From: Gemmatimonadota bacterium
GTDB lineage: Bacteria; Gemmatimonadota; Gemmatimonadetes; Gemmatimonadales; GWC2-71-9
DNA length: 64,000 nt
Direction of reading: 5' to 3'
NCBI GenBank assembly: GCA_041482275.1
Contig: JBGPDL010000003.1
Span: 10,962 to 74,961, forward strand
Each line of letters begins with the position of its first letter. Positions within the stretch are counted from its first letter, which is position 1. The position numbers and the translations under genes are program-made. A model generated the notes under the pieces. That model worked only from the letters and a program-made list of their open reading frames with translations, did no database searches and was not told the origin of the DNA. Positions 28,972 through 37,109 of this stretch are shown here, in pieces.

Positions 28972-28990
28972 GGGGCCACCCGACACCCTC

Positions 28991-29932
28991 ATGACCGTTC
29001 CCTCTCCCGGCTACCACGACCCGCGGCTCACCGAGCAGCGTAACCCTCGCACCCAGCGTATCGACGTCGCCGCGACGCTCGAGGTCGTGGACCTGCTCAA
29101 CGCGGAGGACGCGAGTGTCGCGGCGGCGGTACACGCCGTGCGCGCCGAGCTGGCTCGCGCCGTCGATCTCGCGGTGGAGGCCTTCCGGCTCGGCGGGCGG
29201 CTGATCTACGTGGGGGCCGGGACGTCGGGGCGGCTCGGTGTGCTCGATGCGAGCGAATGCCCGCCCACCTTCGGCACGCCGCCGGAGATGGTGGTAGGGG
29301 TGATCGCGGGGGGCTACGAGGCCCTCGTGAAGAGCAGCGAGGGTGCCGAGGACGACGTGAACGCGGGGATGGCGGCGATGGACCAGGTCGGTGTGGCGCC
29401 GCCCGATTTTGTGCTCGGTATCGCAGCGAGCGGGACGACGCCGTTCGTGCGCGCCGCGCTGTCGCGCGCCCAGACCATCGGTGCGACGACCGGGCTCGTG
29501 TGCTGCTCCGACCCTCCCCGGGTGCTGGTGGATACGTGCGACGTCCTCATTCTCCCCAAGGTCGGGCCCGAAGCGCTCACGGGATCGACGCGGATGAAGG
29601 CCGGCACTGCCACCAAGCTCGTCCTCAACACGGTCTCGACCGGCGCGATGATCCGCCTGGGGCGCGCCTATGGCAATCTGATGGTGGACCTGACGGCCCT
29701 GAGCGACAAGCTGCGCGACCGCGGCGAGCGCATCGTGATGGAGTGCTGTGGAGTGGACCGTGTGGCGGCGCGCGCGGCGATCGTGGCCGCGGATGGGAGC
29801 GTGAAGCTGGCGATCGTGATGGTGAAGCTGGGCGTGGGGAAGGCCGAGGCGGAGCGGCGGCTGACCGCGGCGGGCGGGTTCGTGCGGCGTGCCGCAGGTG
29901 ATCCGCCGCCCGTGACCGATGTCATCCGATAG
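28991..29932 (+). CDS. murQ: N-acetylmuramic acid 6-phosphate etherase
   Basis: SIS domain GAGTSGRLGVLDASECPPTF and ASGTTPF blocks. ATG at 28991. Confidence 0.9.
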   Translation: MTVPSPGYHDPRLTEQRNPRTQRIDVAATLEVVDLLNAEDASVAAAVHAVRAELARAVDLAVEAFRLGGRLIYVGAGTSGRLGVLDASECPPTFGTPPEMVVGVIAGGYEALVKSSEGAEDDVNAGMAAMDQVGVAPPDFVLGIAASGTTPFVRAALSRAQTIGATTGLVCCSDPPRVLVDTCDVLILPKVGPEALTGSTRMKAGTATKLVLNTVSTGAMIRLGRAYGNLMVDLTALSDKLRDRGERIVMECCGVDRVAARAAIVAADGSVKLAIVMVKLGVGKAEAERRLTAAGGFVRRAAGDPPPVTDVIR

Positions 29933-29965
29933 GATGACGAGGAACTTCTTTCGGGTGCGCCCGGC

Positions 29966-31087
29966 GTGACCGGCGCGCTCGCCGTCGGTGTGATGTCGGG
30001 CACATCGCTCGACGGCGTGTCGACGGCACTGGTCCGCCTCACGGACGACCCCCTCGACGCGCAGCTCGTCGCGTTCCGCCAGGATGCGTATGCGGCGTCT
30101 GAGCGCGGCCAGATCATCGACGCCATCGCGCGCGGTGGGGCGAAGGACTTGGCACTGCTCCACGTGGCCCTGGGCGAGCGATTCGCGGGCGCCGTCCTGC
30201 AGCTCGTCGCCGCGGCGAAGGTCGCGCCCCGGGATCTCGCTTTTGTCGCGTCGCACGGGCAGACGGTCTGGCACGAGCCGGCCCGGGCCACGCTGCAGCT
30301 CGGCGATCCGGCGGTGATCGCGGAGCGCCTGGGCGTCAAGGTCGTGAGCGACTTCCGCGCGCGCGACGTCGCCGCCGGAGGGCAGGGAGCGCCGCTCGTC
30401 CCCCTCGCCGACGTGCTCCTGTTCGGTCACCCCGAGCGCGGGCGGCTGCTCCTGAACATCGGAGGCATGGCGAACGTCACCTGGGCGCCGTGCCGCGGCG
30501 TCACCGCCGGGGCAGTGGCGTTCGACACCGGGCCCGGCGTGGCCGTGATCGACGCGGTGACCCGGAGAATCGATCCCGCAGCGCGGTTCGACGAGGGCGG
30601 CGAGCGGGCCCGGCGCGGCAAGCCGTGCCGCTCGGTGCTCGAGGCGCTGCTCGCCGACCCGTACTTCGCGGCGGCGCCGCCCAAAAGCACCGGGCGCGAA
30701 CGGTTCGGCCCGGACTCTGCCGCCCAGCTGGTCGAGCGCGTGCAGCACGCGGGTGGCTCGGCCAACGACGCTGTGGCGACGGCGACGGCGCTGACCGTGG
30801 AGACGATCGCCCGCGGGATCGAGCGTTGGACTCCCGCGCGCCCCGACGACGAGCTCGTGATCTCGGGCGGCGGCGCGCGCAATCCGCGGCTCGTCGAGCT
30901 CCTCAGCGCACGGGTGGCCCCGCGGCCCGTCGTCCCGTTCGATCGCCTGTTCTTCGACGGGGAAGCCAAAGAGGCGCTCGTGTTCGCGTTCCTCGGCTTT
31001 CTCACGGTCCGAGGACTACCGGGCAACCTCCCGCCCGCGACCGGCGCGCGCGGCCCGCGCATCCTCGGCCATATCACGCCAGCGTGA
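29966..31087 (+). CDS. anmK: Anhydro-N-acetylmuramic acid kinase
   Basis: GVMSGTSLDGV N-terminus, SHGQT and NIGGMANV blocks. 373 aa. Confidence 0.9.
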   Translation: MTGALAVGVMSGTSLDGVSTALVRLTDDPLDAQLVAFRQDAYAASERGQIIDAIARGGAKDLALLHVALGERFAGAVLQLVAAAKVAPRDLAFVASHGQTVWHEPARATLQLGDPAVIAERLGVKVVSDFRARDVAAGGQGAPLVPLADVLLFGHPERGRLLLNIGGMANVTWAPCRGVTAGAVAFDTGPGVAVIDAVTRRIDPAARFDEGGERARRGKPCRSVLEALLADPYFAAAPPKSTGRERFGPDSAAQLVERVQHAGGSANDAVATATALTVETIARGIERWTPARPDDELVISGGGARNPRLVELLSARVAPRPVVPFDRLFFDGEAKEALVFAFLGFLTVRGLPGNLPPATGARGPRILGHITPA

Positions 31088-32517
31088 CCGCCTCGCTTGC
31101 GCGGCTCGTGTTCCCCTCGCTACGCTGGCAGCGCGGGAGCTTCGCGCACGAGCACCCCAAGATCGACGCGGCCCTCGCCGCCGGTGTAGGAGGCTTCATC
31201 GTGTTCGGCGGGACCCGGGAGGCCGTCGGGGCGCTCACCCGCGAGCTGCGGGAGCAGGCGGGGCGTCCGCTGCTCGTGGGCGCGGATCTCGAACGCGGCC
31301 CCGCGCAGCAGGTGCAGGGGCTCACCGAGCTGCCGCCCCCCGCCGCGCTCGGCTGGCTCGACGATCTCGACGCCACCAGTACGTGCGGCATGATCACCGG
31401 CGTCGAAGCGCGAGCGGTGGGCATCAACTGGGCATTCGCTCCCGTGTGTGATCTGGACCTCGAACCCCGGAACCCGATCGTTCAGACGCGCTCCTTCGGG
31501 GCCGATCCCGTGCGGGTGGGCGAGCAGGCGGCCGTGTGGATCCGGGCGCTGCAGGAGCACGGCGTCCAGGGATGCGCGAAGCATTACCCCGGCCACGGGC
31601 GCACGACCGAGGACTCGCACGCGACGCTGCCCCGGGTGCCGGCGGCACGCCCCGAGCTGCAGCAGGTGGACGGCACGCCGTTCGAGTACGCGATTCGCGC
31701 CGGTGTGGGGAGCGTGATGAGCGCGTTCGTGGCCTATCCGGACTGGGATCCTTCGGGCCGGGCGGCGAGCTTCTCCCCCGAGATCCTGGGCTACCTGCGT
31801 GACACGCTCAAGTTCGCGGGACTGGTGGTGACCGACGCGCTGATCATGGCGGGGGCGAGCGCCGCGCAGCCGGTGCCCGCAGCCACAGTGCGGGCGGTGG
31901 CCGCGGGCTGCGACGCGCTGCTCTACCCCAGCGACTTCGCCGGCGTGGTCGCCGCTCTGGACCACGCCGTGGGTGCGGACCTCGCGGCGGCGCGGGCGGA
32001 CGAGGCGCTGGCGCGCTACGACCAGGCGCTGGCCGCCTGGGGCGACCTCCCTGTCCAAGGGGAGCCGGACCTCGCGAGCCACGCGAGCGTGGCGGACGGG
32101 CTCGCGGACCGCGCGGCGCATCTGGTGCGCGGCGCGGAGCCCAGGATCGCCTGGCCGGCCGCCGTCTCCATCGTGGACGACGATGTCGGCGGCCCGTATA
32201 CCGTCGGGCCGCGGGACGTGTTTCATCAGACCCTGCGCGAGGCGGGGATCGCCGTCGCCCCGCGTGCAACTGCTGACCGCCGGCGCATCGTGCTCGTGTA
32301 TGCCGAGCCGCGGTCGTGGAAGGGGCGGGCCGATCTCGGCGCACGCTCGCGCGCCGCGCTGCGGCGGCTCGCGCCCGGCGCGCAGCTGGTGGTGCTGTTC
32401 GGGCACCCCCGGCTCTCGGCCCAGATTCCGGGCACGGCTCCCCTTCTCATGTGCTGGCACGGACAGCCGCTCATGCAGCGAGCGGCGGCGAGACGCGTCA
32501 TAGGCTGGTTGACGTGA
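31084..32517 (+). CDS. nagZ: Beta-N-acetylhexosaminidase, GH3 family (NagZ-like)
   Basis: KHYPGHG and VVTDAL catalytic blocks. GTGA overlap with anmK. The upstream part of track ORF 30490 overlaps anmK. Confidence 0.8.
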   Translation: MTASLARLVFPSLRWQRGSFAHEHPKIDAALAAGVGGFIVFGGTREAVGALTRELREQAGRPLLVGADLERGPAQQVQGLTELPPPAALGWLDDLDATSTCGMITGVEARAVGINWAFAPVCDLDLEPRNPIVQTRSFGADPVRVGEQAAVWIRALQEHGVQGCAKHYPGHGRTTEDSHATLPRVPAARPELQQVDGTPFEYAIRAGVGSVMSAFVAYPDWDPSGRAASFSPEILGYLRDTLKFAGLVVTDALIMAGASAAQPVPAATVRAVAAGCDALLYPSDFAGVVAALDHAVGADLAAARADEALARYDQALAAWGDLPVQGEPDLASHASVADGLADRAAHLVRGAEPRIAWPAAVSIVDDDVGGPYTVGPRDVFHQTLREAGIAVAPRATADRRRIVLVYAEPRSWKGRADLGARSRAALRRLAPGAQLVVLFGHPRLSAQIPGTAPLLMCWHGQPLMQRAAARRVIGWLT

Positions 32518-32553
32518 GCGGCGTCGCGTAACGACGTCACGAGGGGACGTCTC

Positions 32554-32578
32554 GGGGCGACGCCGCGCCCGTCGCCCC
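32554..32578. terminator. GC-rich hairpin between convergent nagZ and the FHA-protease gene
   Basis: GGGGCGACG-CCGCGCC-CGTCGCCCC, a perfect 9-bp stem with no U-tract. Confidence 0.35.
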
Positions 32579-32626
32579 GTGACGGATCTACGCGACGATG
32601 CATCGTGACGCTGTTCTGAGACGTCC

Positions 32627-33826
32627 CTATTTGGGGAGCTGGTTCAAGTATGCGACGATTTGATTCGCCGGAACCGCGTAGATGATCTTGCCGTACGATT
32701 CCCGATTGCCGCCGTACAGCACCGCGGCCACCCGGCCCGACCGATCGAAGATCGGGTTTCCCGACGAGCCCGGCGCACCGTATCCGTCTACTTGCACGAC
32801 GTTGGGCAACGCCTTGCTGACCGTCCCGACCGTGAGCGTCGGGTCGGCGATCACGCCGCTCTGGCCGAAATGCTCCATCGGGAGATCCTCGCCCAGGGGG
32901 TAGCCGACGATTGCCACGGGATCGCCGCGGGCGAGGGCCCGCGGCTCCGCGGCGAACGCCGTGCCGCTGAACACCTCGCTGTCCGAGAACTGCACGACCA
33001 GGAGGGCGACGGCGTCCTGGTTCTTGAGCGAGATGGCGCGGTAGTCCATCGCGGCCGCGCCGGCGAGGCCGCGCTGCCGGGCCTCGGCGGCGTCGAGCTC
33101 CGCCCGCAGCCGGGCGACCAGCCGGGCGTCGCCGCTCGAGCCTACGGCAGCGAGCTCGCGCGACAGCCGCGCGACATCGGCTTGCGACAGGCGCAGCGCG
33201 TCGCGCACGCTCGCGAGCTCCGTCTGGAACCGCACGAGCATCCGCGGCGCTTCGCCCGCCAAACTATCCGCCCGGAGCTGCAGCCGCTGCACCTCGCGCG
33301 CGCCGCGCGCGCTCTGCCACTGGACCCAGCCGAATGCCGCCAGCGCCCTGGCGAGGAGCCCGATGAGGATCTTGGTGGTGCGGCGCAGGTGCGCCACTTC
33401 GGCCGCGATCCGCACCGCCGTGCTCGAGCGGCGCGGCACGGCCACGACCGCATGCTGCTCGCGGGGCGAGGACACCCGCTCGGCGGATCGCCGCACGGCG
33501 GGCGTGGCGGGATCGGGATCCGGGCCGCCCGGCAGGATGTGAAACTCCACGGAGGGCCCGTTCTGCCCGAAGCCGATCACGTCCCCGTCGGCCAGCACGG
33601 CGTCGCCCGAGATGCGCGCGCCGTTCACGAACGTCCCATTGGTGCTGCCCAGGTCGCGCACCACGAACGTGTCGCCCTGGCGGACGATCCCGGCGTGCCG
33701 CGACGAGACGTCGAGATCGCGCTCGGCGTCGAAGCGGACGTCGGAGAGCGGATGTCGGCCGAGGCCGATGTGCGTCTTGCGGAAAGTCTCGACCTGCCCG
33801 ACGCGAGCGCCCGAGAGGAACTTGAA
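32627..33826 (-). CDS. FHA domain - TM - coiled coil - degenerate trypsin-like domain protein (start codon unresolved)
   Basis: The first canonical start (GTG 33664) falls in the middle of an FHA domain. The frame stays open upstream to 33826 and encodes FKFLSGARVGQVETFRKTHIGLGRHPLSDVRFDAERDLDVSSRHAGIVRQGDTFV. C-terminus has GAPGSSGNPIF (Ser box). Confidence 0.6.
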   Translation of the reverse strand, partial: FKFLSGARVGQVETFRKTHIGLGRHPLSDVRFDAERDLDVSSRHAGIVRQGDTFVVRDLGSTNGTFVNGARISGDAVLADGDVIGFGQNGPSVEFHILPGGPDPDPATPAVRRSAERVSSPREQHAVVAVPRRSSTAVRIAAEVAHLRRTTKILIGLLARALAAFGWVQWQSARGAREVQRLQLRADSLAGEAPRMLVRFQTELASVRDALRLSQADVARLSRELAAVGSSGDARLVARLRAELDAAEARQRGLAGAAAMDYRAISLKNQDAVALLVVQFSDSEVFSGTAFAAEPRALARGDPVAIVGYPLGEDLPMEHFGQSGVIADPTLTVGTVSKALPNVVQVDGYGAPGSSGNPIFDRSGRVAAVLYGGNRESYGKIIYAVPANQIVAYLNQLPK

Positions 33827-33834
33827 CTAGGCGG

Positions 33835-34866
33835 TCACTGGCTCCGGTTGGTCAGATACAGCGCCACCGCCGCTGCGGCGGCGGCGGCGAGCAACGCCAC
33901 CACGCGCCAGCGGCTCCGCGCTGCGGGCTCGGGCGGCCGGCTGCCCCGGTACACGGGGACGGGCTCCGTGCTCGTCTCGGTGTCGATCAGCGGGTACACC
34001 TGATGTCCCACCGTCGCGTCCGCCTCCGCCGGACGCAACCCGTCGCCGCCGAACCGGGCCAGCACCACGGTCACGTTGTCGGGCCCGCCGCGCTCGTTGG
34101 CGAGCGCAATGAGCTGTTCGCACGCCGCCCCCAGGTCGCGCTCGCGCGACGCGAGCGCGGCGATTTCTTCCTTCTTCACTAGCCCCGAGAGGCCGTCCGA
34201 GCAGAGCACCAGGATGTCGCCCTTGCGGAGCTCCTGGTGCGTGAGGTCTACCTTGACGCGCGCGTCGGGGCCCAGGGCCTGGAGGATGATGTTGCGGCGC
34301 TCGCTCTTCGCGGCCTCCTCTTCCGTCAATTCGCCCGCCTCCACCAGCCGTTGCATCAGGGACTGGTCCTTGGTGAGCTGGACCGCCTCCCCGTGCCGAA
34401 TGAGGTACGCGCGGCTGTCGCCCACCTGCGTGAGGAACACGTGGTCGCCCAGCAATCCCGCGGCCGTGGTGGTGGTCCCCATGCCGCGGACGTCAGGATG
34501 CGCCACGGCGTAGGAGTGAATCTGCTCGTTCGCGGCTTCCACTGCCTCCTTCAGCCGCGCCGCGAACCGTTGCGGCGTCACCTCCGGTTCTTGCGCCAGG
34601 GCCCGAACCAGCTGCTGGTAGATAGTCTCGGTCGCCATTTCACTCGCGAGCTCGCCGGCGGCGGCGCCGCCCATCCCGTCGGCCACAACGAACAGCGACC
34701 CCCGCTCACCGACGTCGTGCGTGCGCACCGCGGGCTGGAGCGATGCCTCGCGGCGCGTCAAGTCAGCGACCAGGAAGCGGTCCTCGTTGTGGTCGCGTGT
34801 TTTGCCCAGGTCGGTCTTCGCGAAGACCTCGACCTTGATGGGCTTGGAGGCGGAGCGTCCGAACAT
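33835..34866 (-). CDS. PP2C-family Ser/Thr protein phosphatase with C-terminal TM anchor
   Basis: RDHNEDRF, VADGMGGAAAGE, LCSDGL and GGPDNVTVV metal-binding blocks. 343 aa. Confidence 0.9.
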   Translation of the reverse strand: MFGRSASKPIKVEVFAKTDLGKTRDHNEDRFLVADLTRREASLQPAVRTHDVGERGSLFVVADGMGGAAAGELASEMATETIYQQLVRALAQEPEVTPQRFAARLKEAVEAANEQIHSYAVAHPDVRGMGTTTTAAGLLGDHVFLTQVGDSRAYLIRHGEAVQLTKDQSLMQRLVEAGELTEEEAAKSERRNIILQALGPDARVKVDLTHQELRKGDILVLCSDGLSGLVKKEEIAALASRERDLGAACEQLIALANERGGPDNVTVVLARFGGDGLRPAEADATVGHQVYPLIDTETSTEPVPVYRGSRPPEPAARSRWRVVALLAAAAAAAVALYLTNRSQ

Positions 34867-34867
34867 G

Positions 34868-35968
34868 TTAGGGCCCGCCCTGCGCGACCTGCTGGCAGGA
34901 CTTGAGGGTCGCGTCGAGCGCCAAACCGCGCCCCGCCCACCGCAGCGCCTGCGCGCGGTCGCCCCCGTCCTGATAGGTCCGCGCCAGCAGGCACGCGGCG
35001 AATGCCCTGTCCTTGGCGGTCACTCCGGGCGTGTTGTAGATCACGAGCGCCGAATCGAGGATCACCGCCGAGGGTCGGTCGATGAGGGCATCCAGCAGAT
35101 CGCCCGCCTTCGCAGGGTCGAGGCCGGCCCGTACGGTCGGCGGCGCCGGTGTGACGCGGGAGCGGCCGGTGTCGGGCGGCTGGTTCGCCGCCATGCGTGA
35201 TGCCGTGTCGGCGGGAATCGCCCCGTCCGCCCGCTTGCCGCCCCCGCGCAATACGAGCACCGCGCCCGCGCCGCCGAGCACGACCACGGCGCCTACCACC
35301 ACGGGCACCAGGGAGCGCTTCCGGCCTGGCGCGGGCCGCAGCAGCTGCGTCTGCCCGTTGGCGTCGGCGCGCGTGGAGGGCAGGGGTGCGCGGACGCCGC
35401 TTCGCTGCATGCCGAGCAGCGCCGCGACGTCGTTCGCGAACTGGAGCGCCGACTGGTAACGGTCGACCGGGCTGCGCGCGAGCGCGGTCGCGAGTGTCTC
35501 CTGAAGCCCTGCGGGGAAGCGCAGGTCCGGCCGGACTTGGGCGAGCGTCGCGGGGGCGTGTGTGAGGCGCTTGATCATCGTCTCCTGCACGGTGCTGGCG
35601 GCGAAGGGTAACACGCCGGTGAGCATCTTGAAGAGCACGAGGCCGCGGGAATAGACGTCGCTCCGGCCATCGAGCTTGTCGCCGGACAGCTGCTCCGGAC
35701 TCATGAACTCCGGTGTGCCCACCACGAGTCCCGTCTTCGTCACCTTCTGGACCTTCATGGCGCTCCGCCGCCCCATCTTCACGTGCTCGGCCAAGTACAC
35801 CTGGCCCATGCCGCCCTCGCCCAGCTTCTTCACCACGTGGTAGCGATCGGCCACAACCTGTCCGACCAGATCGTGCCCCGCCGACGAGGCGAGCAGCGTC
35901 TGACCGTCGTTCGGGCAGAACCGGACGTCGTCGGGGAACTCGGTCGAGCAGACCGGGCAGATCTTCAC
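34868..35968 (-). CDS. Zinc-ribbon / truncated Ser/Thr kinase-like (pseudokinase) membrane protein
   Basis: CPVCSTEFPDDVRFC ribbon, G-loop LGEGGMGQVY and AMKV lysine. The sequence then jumps straight to GTPEFMSPEQ..DVYS. No HRD or DFG segments. One TM helix and a C-terminal helical domain. Confidence 0.75.
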   Translation of the reverse strand: MKICPVCSTEFPDDVRFCPNDGQTLLASSAGHDLVGQVVADRYHVVKKLGEGGMGQVYLAEHVKMGRRSAMKVQKVTKTGLVVGTPEFMSPEQLSGDKLDGRSDVYSRGLVLFKMLTGVLPFAASTVQETMIKRLTHAPATLAQVRPDLRFPAGLQETLATALARSPVDRYQSALQFANDVAALLGMQRSGVRAPLPSTRADANGQTQLLRPAPGRKRSLVPVVVGAVVVLGGAGAVLVLRGGGKRADGAIPADTASRMAANQPPDTGRSRVTPAPPTVRAGLDPAKAGDLLDALIDRPSAVILDSALVIYNTPGVTAKDRAFAACLLARTYQDGGDRAQALRWAGRGLALDATLKSCQQVAQGGP

Positions 35969-37014
35969 GCCGGGATCTCGATCCGGAGCAGCTTATCGCC
36001 CACCAGGATGCGCGAGTTGTGCGCCAGCGCGATGTCGCCGCGCGCCGCCAGGGCGATGCCATTGCGGCTGTTGGCGTCCACCACGACGAAATCCGCGTCT
36101 TCCGAGCGCACGAGGGCGTGCCGCGCGCTCATCGACGGGTCATACGGGAAGATCCAGTCGCCTTGCTCACGCCCGATCGCGACGTCGCGGCCGGGCGAGA
36201 GCTGAATCACGTCCCGCACGCTGCCGTCGGACCGCAGCTGTGTGAGGCTCGCGATGTCGGCGCTCGGGATCAGGCTCCCCATGCGCTTGGTGGAATCGGC
36301 GTCCGGAGGGTGCGGCCCAGGATAACCCAAGCGCCGGAACCGAATCACCTGCGAGCCGACCAGCAACAGGTCGCCGTCCGCCAGGCGGTGCGGGGCCTCG
36401 AGGAACACCCAGGTTCCGTTGCGGCTCCCCAGGTCGCGCACCACGAGCGCGTCCTGCTCCCACGAGATCTTGGCGTGCAGCGGCGACAAGAACACGTCTC
36501 CCGGGAACCGGATGTCACCGTCCTGCCGCCCGATGGTTGTATCGGGCGCCTTGCGCTCGAAACGTTGCACTGGGGTGCCGGCGTCGTCGAGCAGCACCAG
36601 GGTGATCGCGGTGCGCCCACGGGTCGGCCCGGAGGGAACCCGGCGTGGCGCACCCGGCTCGACGAGCGGCGCGCCGCACGTGGCGCAGAAAGTGCTGGTG
36701 GGCCCCACCGGCGACGCGCACCGCGGGCAGCTCGGTCCGGAGCCGGGAGCCGTCAGCCTGCGGCCGCAGTGCGGGCAGAACGCCTGGAGGGCGGTGGCGC
36801 GACCACCGCAAAAGGGGCAGGCGAGCGATTCTCCGGGGGTCGCGGGGACGGCGGTGCGCGCGGTGGCGCGGGTGCCCGGCAGCGGCGCCGCCCCCGCCCC
36901 CGCCCCCGCCGCCACGGCCTTGAGGCCCGGAGACTTTCCCACGGGCTTGCCGCAATCTATGCAGAACTGCGCGCCGGGGTCGTTGTCGCGGCCGCAGTAA
37001 GTGCAGGCGGTCAC
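35965..37014 (-). CDS. Triple zinc-ribbon, double FHA domain protein
   Basis: Three CxxC..CxxC units (CTYCG..CIDCG, CPFCG..CPHCG, CPRCA..CATCG). Two FHA cores (TTIGRQDGD..SPLHAKI..RDLGSRNGT and VAIGREQGD..SARHALV..DANSRNG). Confidence 0.8.
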   Translation of the reverse strand: MTACTYCGRDNDPGAQFCIDCGKPVGKSPGLKAVAAGAGAGAAPLPGTRATARTAVPATPGESLACPFCGGRATALQAFCPHCGRRLTAPGSGPSCPRCASPVGPTSTFCATCGAPLVEPGAPRRVPSGPTRGRTAITLVLLDDAGTPVQRFERKAPDTTIGRQDGDIRFPGDVFLSPLHAKISWEQDALVVRDLGSRNGTWVFLEAPHRLADGDLLLVGSQVIRFRRLGYPGPHPPDADSTKRMGSLIPSADIASLTQLRSDGSVRDVIQLSPGRDVAIGREQGDWIFPYDPSMSARHALVRSEDADFVVVDANSRNGIALAARGDIALAHNSRILVGDKLLRIEIPA

Positions 37015-37070
37015 AGGCGGAGATAGTCCACAGGGCGCAGAAGTTAGGGTGTGCCAATCTATTCGGCAAA

Positions 37071-37100
37071 TTGACCAGTTGAAAGGGCCGATGCTACCTT
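37071..37100 (+). promoter_or_regulatory. Candidate promoter of the amidase gene (TTGACC-N18-TACCTT)
   Basis: Hexamers read directly from the sequence. The -10 ends 9 nt before the GTG at 37110. Confidence 0.4.
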
Positions 37101-37109
37101 GCGCGTCCT

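Noticed and set aside
28927-28992. ggt starting at 28992 (track start), which would abut murQ with overlapping divergent starts
   Set aside because: That leaves no promoter space. The internal GTG at 28926 gives a proper lipoprotein signal (VRRALGCGLFLLTAC), so I preferred the shorter model.
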